IMG/VR virus record: IMGVR_UViG_3300039008_000061
Coordinates: 1-52,901 of that record
Strand: one strand, 5' to 3'
Source of the DNA: a virus
DNA length: 52,901 bases
Numbering within the stretch: position 1 is the stretch's first letter; the number at the start of each line of letters is the position of its first letter. Position numbers and translations under genes: made by a program. Below, piece after piece: positions 26,653 to 36,400 of the stretch. The notes under the pieces were generated by a model, which was not told the origin of the DNA, searched no databases, and saw only the letters and a list, made by a program, of their open reading frames with translations.

Positions 26653-27022
26653 AAAATATTACTTTTGTGATGAAGTTACAGGCGAGATTAAGTACAAGTT
26701 ATCCAAGCTACTTAGAAGCAAAGTCAATAACAATCAGCGCGTTATACTTCATTCTGATGTGGATTTATCTTCCCATTATTATAACGTCGAAACAAAATCA
26801 ATCGAGGAAAGAAAGTCCTTTCCCGCAGGTAATTGGGTTGGTGGTGAGTATGTTGTTAACCTGCCTCATAATGCGACATTACTCTGGCAGGGCGAAAAAT
26901 ACACTGTCGATGATGGCGTTGCCGAACTAATGGTGGACCAGCCTGGGGAACACGAAATTATTCTTTCACATCCTCACTACAAAACAGAGATACGTTACAT
27001 TGAAAATCCAGAAGCAGATTGA
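26639..27022 (+). CDS. Hypothetical protein
   Basis: 127-aa ORF. Confidence 0.55.
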   Translation: MQNGKKYYFCDEVTGEIKYKLSKLLRSKVNNNQRVILHSDVDLSSHYYNVETKSIEERKSFPAGNWVGGEYVVNLPHNATLLWQGEKYTVDDGVAELMVDQPGEHEIILSHPHYKTEIRYIENPEAD

Positions 27023-27188
27023 TCCATTAAAGTTAAGGCGAAAGGCGTATATGCCAACTGGCGATCAGCTAGACGCCATTATTAAAACGTTTGCTCATTT
27101 AGAGGGGCAAGGTGTAGATATTGGTGATGATGGGCGTGAGCTCGTAGCCCACAGTAATTGGGTTAAAGAGTCATTTGTCAAAAAGTGA
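27000..27188 (+). CDS. Hypothetical small protein (start uncertain: TTG 27000 or ATG 27051)
   Basis: The AY.PTGDQLDAIIK motif recurs in small fibre-region proteins. Confidence 0.4.
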   Translation: MKIQKQIDPLKLRRKAYMPTGDQLDAIIKTFAHLEGQGVDIGDDGRELVAHSNWVKESFVKK

Positions 27189-27192
27189 GCAA

Positions 27193-27221
27193 TTGACAAA
27201 AACCGAGTTTTGAAGTAATTT
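27193..27221 (+). promoter_or_regulatory. Second late-type promoter TTGACA-N17-TAATTT
   Basis: -35 at 27193-98 and -10 at 27216-21. A -10-like CATACT lies at 27226-31. Confidence 0.65.
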
Positions 27222-27239
27222 TTCTCATACTGACACAGA

Positions 27240-27262
27240 CCTCGCCTAAAGCGGGGTTTTTT
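27240..27262 (+). terminator. Intrinsic terminator just downstream of the second promoter
   Basis: CCTCGC (27240-45) pairs with GCGGGG (27251-56, one G-U pair), followed by T6. The ATG follows at 27268. Confidence 0.65.
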
Positions 27263-27267
27263 CGTTT

Positions 27268-27648
27268 ATGCAGCCTGAAAACTTCTATCCCGATATCAAG
27301 GCGCTTGGCAAACGCTACGACGAACCCGAACTTCTCGCCCAGGTTAAAGAAGCTATACAGAGCGGCGATGCCGTGCCTGTCACAACCAAAGAAACGCTAA
27401 TCATAATAAAGCCCATACTCGACCATCAAGCCCGTTCAGGAATGCTTGTTTGGGTGGGTATTCATCGGGCTCAGAAAGGCGTGGGCAAATACTTCCAACT
27501 TGTTCTTGATATGGCGAGAGCAGCAAACATGACTTTTATTCGCTTTGAAACCAAGCGCAAAGGCTTTGCCAAGCTAGGCGCTCGTTTTGGTTATGAGCGA
27601 ATAGGACAGCGTAACGAATACACGATTTATCAAAAAGAGGTTTACTAA
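27268..27648 (+). CDS. Small GNAT-like protein (tentative)
   Basis: HRAQKGVGKYF..L..A......I.FET.RKGFAKLGARFGY resembles the GNAT motif A/B region. Weak assignment. Confidence 0.35.
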   Translation: MQPENFYPDIKALGKRYDEPELLAQVKEAIQSGDAVPVTTKETLIIIKPILDHQARSGMLVWVGIHRAQKGVGKYFQLVLDMARAANMTFIRFETKRKGFAKLGARFGYERIGQRNEYTIYQKEVY

Positions 27649-27649
27649 C

Positions 27650-28231
27650 ATGGGTGGCGGTGGCGATAACAAAATTGAAGAAACACCTGAGCAACGGGCA
27701 CAAGCTGACGTAGCAATGATGCAGTGGAAGGACTATTTAAGTAAGTACCGTCCTTTTGAAGATGCGTTTATGGAAGACGTTGATCGCATGAATACGGGCC
27801 AGCAATACAATCAAGTCGCAGGCTTAGCGGCCGTTCCCGTTGAAAGTGAATTTTCAACAGCGGTGCGTGACACTTCTCGTGCCATGGTGGGTGGTGGCCT
27901 TAATCCTAATTCTGGCGCATTTAAATCTAACTTATCAAAGCTAGATAGAGCCAAGTCAACAACCAAGGCCGACAATATGAACCAAGCGCAAGTGGGTCAG
28001 CAAAACCGTTATGTTGGCGGTATCTCAAATATTGTGCGGATGGGGCAGGGGCAAGAAACTGAAGCGGTGCAAGGCTATGGTGATATTGCTTCAATGTCAA
28101 ATCAAAAAGCCAGGAGTGACGTTGGCCTTGCTGTAAGAGACAGGTTAGACAATCAAAGCGTGATAGGTGCAACGATTGGCGCAGGTACGCGATACGGCCT
28201 CAATTACATTGATAATAACGGTGGCGCATAA
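27650..28231 (+). CDS. Putative internal virion/ejection protein
   Basis: 193 aa. Assigned by position in the operon with the giant protein. Confidence 0.4.
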   Translation: MGGGGDNKIEETPEQRAQADVAMMQWKDYLSKYRPFEDAFMEDVDRMNTGQQYNQVAGLAAVPVESEFSTAVRDTSRAMVGGGLNPNSGAFKSNLSKLDRAKSTTKADNMNQAQVGQQNRYVGGISNIVRMGQGQETEAVQGYGDIASMSNQKARSDVGLAVRDRLDNQSVIGATIGAGTRYGLNYIDNNGGA

Positions 28232-28704
28232 TGTCTTACCTTAAAAGAGCATATGACGATGTAATGACCGAGTTGGATTTTAGGGCTCGCGGTCAATATC
28301 AACTAGGCGGCATAGACCCTAGAGATGATGAATACGCGTCGAAAACGTATGCGCAATTAATCAGAAGCCAGTACGCCGATTATCAAGAGCGCTTCCAGCC
28401 TTACGAAGAGCGCATGATGGATCTCGCAACTTCGCGTGAACTTCTTGATCAACAACTTTCTCGTATTGGCACGAACATTAATGCTTCATTTGCCAACCCG
28501 CAATTTAGTGCTGGGGCACTCGCTTCTCAGCGTTATGGTACGCAGCAGACCGCGCAGGAGCGCAGCTTCAACACGCGTCAGTCAGACATGGATAGAGCGC
28601 TCGCAACCGCTAACGCCAAAAACAATATGCGACTGGCAAACGCTGACATGAAACAAAATATGGTCACTGGTGGAACATCAGTGAGAGGCTTAGTTACAGG
28701 CTAG
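28231..28704 (+). CDS. Putative internal virion protein
   Basis: 157 aa with TAATG overlap. Confidence 0.4.
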   Translation: MSYLKRAYDDVMTELDFRARGQYQLGGIDPRDDEYASKTYAQLIRSQYADYQERFQPYEERMMDLATSRELLDQQLSRIGTNINASFANPQFSAGALASQRYGTQQTAQERSFNTRQSDMDRALATANAKNNMRLANADMKQNMVTGGTSVRGLVTG

Positions 28705-28717
28705 TAAGGGCAATAGA

Positions 28718-29131
28718 ATGAGTTACGGTTTAATAAATACAGGCTCTAACAAAAAGAACTTGGCATTGTCAGGCTTTCGCGATAGCGCTAACGCAGAAAA
28801 TCAACGAAACATCGCAAACAACCAGTTAGAACAAGCCGAAAGAGCACAAAGGAAAACAAATGCTGGTATGGGTGCTTCAACTGGGGCTTTAATCGGTGCT
28901 GAAATGGCTTCATCTTCTGCTGCCGCAGGTGTTGGCGCAGGAGCGGCTGGAGCAGCAGGTACAGGCGCAGCGGCAACTACAGCAGGAACTGCAGCGGCAA
29001 CGGGTACGGCCGCAAGTGCTGGTACGGCAGCAGCAGGTGCAGGGGCTGCTGGGCTAGGCGTGGCTGGTACTGCGCTGGCCACAGGCGGTATTGGTTTGGC
29101 AGCAGGTTTACTTTTATCGGAGTTATTCTAA
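28718..29131 (+). CDS. Gly/Ala-rich low-complexity membrane-like virion protein
   Basis: The C-terminal ~85 aa are almost only G/A/T/S/L and end in a hydrophobic GGIGLAAGLLLSELF. Confidence 0.5.
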   Translation: MSYGLINTGSNKKNLALSGFRDSANAENQRNIANNQLEQAERAQRKTNAGMGASTGALIGAEMASSSAAAGVGAGAAGAAGTGAAATTAGTAAATGTAASAGTAAAGAGAAGLGVAGTALATGGIGLAAGLLLSELF

Positions 29132-30435
29132 TGAGTTTAGTCGATGGTTTCCGCCAAGGTTTTGGCATGATGAGCGATTACTACAATCGTAAAGATGCCA
29201 AGGAATACCGACAAGAACAACTTGGCTTACAACGCCGCCGAATGGATATGGCCGAAGATAGCCATAACGCTGACATGTTGAACAAAGGGCTAAATACACA
29301 GATATTGCAAAACCAAGTAAACGATTTGCCAGCGGCAAACAAATATCGTGATGAGACTCGCGGTCTTTCTCTAGACAACCAAAAAGCAGGGCTGGATGCC
29401 AAGAGAATGCAAACTCAGGTAGCAGGCCAAAACCTTTCAAACGCAAAGGCGTTAGGAGGTTATGAGGCTGAAGACAGGAAGCGTTCAAACGCACTGGAGC
29501 GCTATAAAGTTTACGCATCTACTGGTCGTTGGGATGAGTTTCTTCAAGACCCTTCATTTAAAGGAACTGATTTAGAGTTATTACAAAACCCTGAAGGTGC
29601 TGAGGACGCTATATTGCTAAATAAAGGCATCGAGTCTGGTAATGTACGAACTATTGTTGATGCCTCCAATAGCCTTTTCAAATCTAAGCTAAATCGCAAC
29701 GTGGGGAAAATAACCGGGCGTAACAATAGCACTATTCGTGACATTAGTATTATCGATTTTGTGCAGCAGCCAGATGGCAGTTTCAAGGTTCCTGTGCGTG
29801 TAACTACCGACGATGGTCCATATAACTCTTACATTAGCGAAATGCGGGGCATTGACCCGGATGACCCAGACAAAGTGTTTACGGCTGAGGATTTATATGG
29901 CAAAGCGGCCGCAATGGGGCAGCTTGGTACTCTTCTCAAGAACTCAGGTGCATATGAAAGCGTAAGTCAAAAAATGCAAGGCGATGCTCAGCGCTATCTA
30001 TCACCGCAGGGAGGTAAAGGTAATGACGTTCCTGCAGAAGTGCGAAGCGTAGCATTACTTTCTGAAATGACAGGTTATTCTCCAAAAGAGATCGTGAGAG
30101 CAAAATACTTCTCTCAAAAAGATCCAAGTGGTGTAACACTACAAAACATGGCAATTGAATTGGCCCAAAAAGATCCTCGCTTAACAAAAATTGGCGCTAA
30201 ACCAGATCAACAAGCAATTAACGCGATTGTTGGCGAGTACTTAAACATGCTTTCTAAGCCAGTAAGTCAAGATGAGCTTAATGCTACCAATAATCAAGGG
30301 GGGCGAACTAACACACCTCAACCAGTTCCAACCCCCACACCTGCACCCGACGCAGCTATACAAGCTTTGCGCCAAGACCCAAGCCTAGCAGATGAATTTA
30401 AAGCCAAATATAACTATTTGCCAGAAGGGTTCTAA
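29131..30435 (+). CDS. Putative internal virion protein
   Basis: 434 aa with TAATG overlap. Gln/Asn-rich, helical N-terminus. Confidence 0.4.
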   Translation: MSLVDGFRQGFGMMSDYYNRKDAKEYRQEQLGLQRRRMDMAEDSHNADMLNKGLNTQILQNQVNDLPAANKYRDETRGLSLDNQKAGLDAKRMQTQVAGQNLSNAKALGGYEAEDRKRSNALERYKVYASTGRWDEFLQDPSFKGTDLELLQNPEGAEDAILLNKGIESGNVRTIVDASNSLFKSKLNRNVGKITGRNNSTIRDISIIDFVQQPDGSFKVPVRVTTDDGPYNSYISEMRGIDPDDPDKVFTAEDLYGKAAAMGQLGTLLKNSGAYESVSQKMQGDAQRYLSPQGGKGNDVPAEVRSVALLSEMTGYSPKEIVRAKYFSQKDPSGVTLQNMAIELAQKDPRLTKIGAKPDQQAINAIVGEYLNMLSKPVSQDELNATNNQGGRTNTPQPVPTPTPAPDAAIQALRQDPSLADEFKAKYNYLPEGF

Positions 30436-30440
30436 ATAAA

Positions 30441-33400
30441 ATGAGTAACTTTTTTGACCAGTTTGACGAGTCCCAACAACGCAATAAGTCCAACTTCTTT
30501 GATAAGTTTGATGACGCTACGAAAGCAAGCCCTGAAGAAAAAGGAACGCTGTCACAAGTTGGAAGCGCTTTTGGTGCTGGTATCGATAAAATGCAGGAGC
30601 TTGGCTACCGTGCTGTAAAAGGCTTTACTGATGTTGGTGTACCACAAGAAGAGCAAACCAATGCTTTAGGTCGCGCTATTGGTCAGGGTGGTTCGCTTTC
30701 TCGTTGGTTAGATGAAGGTATTGCGCGAAACATTGAAGAGCAAAAAGCCTATACGCCTAGTGTTGCATCCTATAAAGATATTGACTCTATTGGGGATGCT
30801 GCAAGTTATGTAGGTGAAATGACCGCACAGTCAGTGCCAATGATGGCAACAGCGTTGAGCCCTGCAGGTCTATTGGCTATGGGCGGCGGTTTGTCGAATG
30901 AAGCTTATGAAGCGCAGCCAGAAGATAATAAACAGCCATGGCGTGCAACCGCTTCAGGCTTTGGTCAAGCTGGCTTAGAGCGCTTAGGTGTTGAAACTGC
31001 CATAGGGCGTGTGTTCGGCGGCGAAGGCAAGAAATTCGTTAAGCGCGTTGGCCAATCAATGCTGGGCGAAGGTGCTACGGAAACTGGTCAAGAAGCGTTA
31101 GCGCAATGGGGTTCAGGCAAATCGCTGGATGAATTTGAAGGGCTCGACGAAGCCTTCGTAGGCGGCGCATTAGTGGGCGGTACTATTCGCACCGGTACAG
31201 AAGCAGGTAAAGCGGCTTATGATAAATACCGCGGCGAAAGACCTGAGCTTAGCGACATTGAAGAAACCGACCTAACTCAAAGTGCGTCTAGTGCTGAAAG
31301 TGTAATTCCTGACCCATCTGCAGATATAGGGCCAGCACAAGACCAAGCGGTTACTGGTAACGAGATTGAAATTATACCTGGTGAAACCGCAGGTGATTCG
31401 CAGCCTAATTGGCAGTTTGGTCAAAATGACATGCCGTATCGGGGTGAGGTAACACCCTATGTCTATGATGGTGAAAATGAGCAGTATCGTGAAACACCTA
31501 ACTCCGTTCCCGTTGGTGCAGCATTAGAAGCGCCTATTATTGATGGCGAGTTTGAGCGGCCACGCGGCTTGCCTAATCGCGCTGATACTATTATTGGTGA
31601 AGACGGTAGGTCAATGCAGCAGGCGCAAGAGTTTGCTGACTCCGTTGGTCAAGCATCCAATAGAGCATTGCCTTTTGACGATGTTATCTACGCTGAAGAT
31701 AAGCGCAATGTTCAAGTTAAAAGAAACGGCCAACCGTTCGGTGGACGCCGAGCAGCAGAACTAACAAAAGAATTTCGCCAAGCTAAAGAGCAAGGCTTTA
31801 ACCCACAGGTTATTAAAGTAAATGGCGGTTACGGCTGGGTATCGGAGGGTGACAATGTTGGACTGGATACAGGAAGCGTTGAACAATCAAGTGATCTGCA
31901 AGTGGGAGGCGCTGGAGTTGCATTACCACGCGATGTACGGGGAGATAATGGAGGACGGTTACGTGAGAGTGCAGACGGAACAACTGGAACAGGCGATGCA
32001 GAGAATATTGCTCTGGCAGCACGACGAGACACAAATGACGATGCACTAGGCGCAGAAGCCGAAGGATATCCAACCAGCGAAGGTGCAGCGGAATTAGACG
32101 CTGGAAGCCAAGTGAATGCTATAGATGCAGCTGCAAACGAAGCAGCCACATCGCCTACGAATGACAGGCCTGAGCCCACCGAAGCACAGAAAGAAGCTGG
32201 CAACTATAAGAAAGGTAAAGTCCGTCTTCATGGCTTAGATATTTCTATTGAAAACCCGAAGGGCTCTACCCGTAAAGGTAAAGATCAAGATGGCAAAGAA
32301 TGGTCTTCAGAAATGAAGCACCACTATGGAGATATTAAAGGTACTACCGGCGCCGATGGCGATTCTATCGATGTATTTATAGGTGATAATCCTGAAAGTC
32401 AGAAAGTATTTGTTGTTGATCAGGTAGACCCTAAAACAGGCAACTTTGATGAAGTCAAAGTGATGATGGGTTTTGATGATGCTGAAACAGCTAAGTCGGG
32501 CTACCTTTCAAACTATGACAAAGATTGGAAGGGCTTAGGAGAAATCACCGAAGCTTCAGTGGAAGACTTTAAGGCATGGACTAAGCGCCCTCGCAAATCT
32601 AAGCAGCCTTTTGCATTGCCTGCTAAGCCGAAGAGCGAAGAAGTTGCAGTAAAAGATCAAGAGGACTGGGGCGAGAAGATTACCACTGCTAGAAAAAACA
32701 TATCAGTTCGCTGGAATGAAAATTCTACCGATGACGAGATCAGCAGCAAGCCCCTAAGCAAAACATGGCCTGAAAAAGAATTTGATGATGTTGGCGATGC
32801 GTATGCGTCAGCATTTGCTTTTGCCGCTCGCGGAGAAATACCTCGCAAGCCAAATCAGTCATATAAAAAGCAACGCTGGGTAGAAAAAGTAAAAAACTAT
32901 CGTCAGCTAGTTAAAGACAATGTGGTTGACGGTTTGCTTACTGGCAAAATCACTAAAGAAAAAATGAAAGAGTTGGGTGGTAAAAGAAACCTTCAAGACT
33001 TCTTTGCAAAAGTGGACTTACTCAGTGAGCTTGACCGCAAAGACTGGGGCAAGGTAGAGCGCGTATTGTCTTACCCTGACTCTATGGATTTCAACCCTAA
33101 AACAGATAAGCTTGATATCCCTAACCCTAAAACCTATGTTCGCATTAACGGCAGAAACCGCGAGTTTAATTCTACCGACCCTAAAGTTTTAGCGGAGCAA
33201 ATCAAACCGTTCCTTGAAGAGAAAGTAGAAAAGCCACAAATGAAATTTGAGGTGCGCGGTAGAAAGGGCAGCTACTTTGTCAACAAGAAAGGCGATCCAG
33301 AATACACAAGGCTTGCCACATTCGACTCAAGCAAAGAAGCTTTCGACTTCATCAAAAACAACAATAGCAAGTTGGTAGAGTCGTGGGAGTCGCACAAGGC

Positions 33401-36400
33401 TAGAGTAAATGTAACTAAAGCTGACATTCGCAATAAAGTGAACAAGCCTCGCACCGGTGAAGATTACCGTAATGGAAAAAATGCAACGGCTGAAGACTTC
33501 CAAAATACGTTTGGCATTAAGCGCGGCACCTTCGGTAAGTGGGTGAAGCAAGGCAAAGAGCGTCAAGATATGCTTAACGGTACGTATGACGCACTAATGG
33601 ACTTGGCTAACATAACGGGTGTACCGCCTAGAGCTTTAAGCCTTGAAGGAAAATTGGGTTTTGCTTTTGGCGCCAATGGCCGCGGTAAAGCTATGGCGCA
33701 TTACGAGCCAGGCGAAGTAGTAATAAACCTCACCAAAACCAAAGGCGCAGGCTCACTTGCGCATGAATGGTTCCACGCCCTAGATAACTATTTCCAAAAG
33801 AAACGCGACACATTGCCGACCACTGAAAAAGGCAACTTCATTACGCATAACCCTGAAACCTATTACATTGGCCCTAGAGGTTATTCAGTTCCTGAGAGTC
33901 GCTTTAAAGACATGCGCGGCATTAATAAAAATGAATGGCGCAGGGTAGAAGGTGTGCGCCCCGAAGTGGCCGTATCATTTAAAAACCTTGTTGATACGCT
34001 GAATGGATTGGACTTCGCGAAACGCTCTAGCCGATTAGATAAAGGAAAGGCTGGCGGCTATTGGTCAAGCAATTTAGAAATGGCAGCGCGAGCATTTGAA
34101 AGTTATGTAAAAGCTAAGATGAACGCTAACGGTTATGACAATGATTTCTTAGCTAACGTCACAAGCGCCACAGATTTTGTGCGCGATGATAGCCGATACC
34201 CTTACATCAAGGCTGATGAAATTGCAGAAGTGGAAGCGGCTTTTGATGACCTGTTTAACACAATCGAAAGCAAAGAGAATGACAGTGGTGATGTTGCATT
34301 ATTTTCTACTACTGGCACTGTCGCTGGTAACACCAACGCGCGTACCATCAGTCGTTCTAATGCAAATGAAATCGTCAGTCGATTCGTTAAGGGGCTCACT
34401 AGTGCGGGTAAGAACTACGTTTCTGTTGTTTCGTCTTATGATGATCTTCCTACAGAAATAAAAGATGCAGCAAAAGCCCAAGGCGTAGAGTATCAAGTAA
34501 AAGGCGTATTCCATAAAGGCAAAGTCCATGTGGTTTTAGACCAGCATACCAGCGCACTTGATATGGAAACAACGCTTTTCCACGAGGCTTATGGCCACTT
34601 AGGCATTAAAAACCTGTTTGGCGATGACATTACCAAAAAGCTCAACTCACTATTTATTGCTAACGGTGGCCTGCAAGGATTGCGCGAAACAGCGAAGCGC
34701 CACGGCATTAACCTAGAGAAGTACATCAAAGGTTTAGACAAAACCAATATGCCGCAGGAAATGAAAAACCGCGTACTTATGGATGAACTTCTAGCGCACC
34801 TGCAGCAAAGCAATAAGCCATCTGTTAAACGTTTAGCGCGTGAGATAGTGGGCTTGATTCGCGATAAATTGCGTAAACTTGGTTTACCTGGGCTTTCAAA
34901 AGTTACCGATAGTGATTTATTTTACATCCTCAAGAAAGCTAGGGATGCGGCTAAAAAAGGTGATACACAAAACGGTGACGCACGATTTATGTTTGACGAT
35001 AAAGGTGCAAGTGTAGACAGTGAAATTAGTTCAGAGCCTACTTCATTTCGTGTTGGGGAAGAAGGCAACCAATCTGAAAACAAGTTAATGGAAAGCGCTA
35101 AGCAAAAATTGGGGCTTAAGGAAAACGAAGCAAAGTCAATTGTCAGCAAAGTAAAAGAAGCATGGAAAGACGTTAATTATACCGAAGCAAAAAATCGGGT
35201 TAAGGAGGGTTTGTTCGACTCTCTTTATGGGATTAAAAAAGCAGAAGATGCTCAGAACGTCTCGCTTGAAAAATCAGGTTACGTTTCAGCAAGGCTTGCA
35301 CAAGGTGTTGGTGATGTTATTCACGCCACTATGTTTTACGGTTCACCTGAGTGGCGTGATGGAATTGTGCAAAAAAAGGAGGGCACAAAGGGGCTGCTAG
35401 ATATCTTTAGTCAATTAGATTCAAGTGAATTAAATGATTGGCTCGCTTGGATGGGGGGTAACCGTGCCAATGTGTTGATGAAGCAGGGTAGAGAAAATAA
35501 CCTGAACAAATCCGAGATCGAGGAACTACAAAGCCTAAACATTGGTAGAGAAGAATTATTCAACAAGGTTAAAGAAGAATATAACGCTGCAAATTCGGCT
35601 GTACTTAAGCTTGCTATCGATTCAGGATTGCTTGATAGCGACGTAATGAATAAATTTGAGTCTGAGTGGTATGTTCCTTTCTTCCGAGCAGAGGATCCAA
35701 CTGATATAAATGAAGTCATCAAGGGGCCTACATCACCAAATGGTATAGCAAATGCCTCAGCACAAATTAAAACGTTGAAGGGTGGGGAGCAATCTACGAA
35801 AGATATTTTACAAAATATCCTTCAAAGACAAGCAACGCTTATCGACGCATCAATGAAAAACAAAGCTATGCTAGAAGTAGCTGGTAATCTAGACGGCACA
35901 CCTTTCATGAAAAAGGTGAAGCTGAACAAAATACAGATTGATGCCATCACAAAGAAAAGACTTGCTAAGAAAGCTACGCCGTATGTCAGTGTAAACGAAA
36001 ATGGTGAAACTCAATGGTATGAAGTTCTGGAACCTTCCCTGTTGAGGGCGCTCATGCAATTAAACGTAAAGCGCAGCGATAACCCACTTATGAAATTAAG
36101 TCGCGCAGCAAAGCGCTACTTAACGACAGGCGTTACACTTTCCCCTACATTCATCATAAGAAACTACTTGAGGGATGGTGTTCATGGATGGATGATAAAT
36201 AAAGATAAATTTGTTTTTGGCTTAGACTCCGTAAAAGGGGCGGTAAAAACATGGAAAAAAGATCAATCCACTATAGATCTCATGTTTGCAGGAGCATCGT
36301 TTCAGGGCGGCTATGTTCATGCCAATGACCCTGAACAAGGAGCGCAGCAAATTAGAAGGGCTCTGAGAAAGAAAGGGTTGAGTGAAAGTGCAATTAGTAA

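Noticed and set aside
28801-29082. Ala/Pro-rich minus-strand ORFs
   Set aside because: They are an artefact of the GCn/GGn-rich sense strand of the Gly/Ala low-complexity gene.
34581-34598. HEAYGH as a second zincin active site in the giant protein
   Set aside because: The spacing is HExxxH, not HExxH, so I do not count it as a metallopeptidase motif without profile support.
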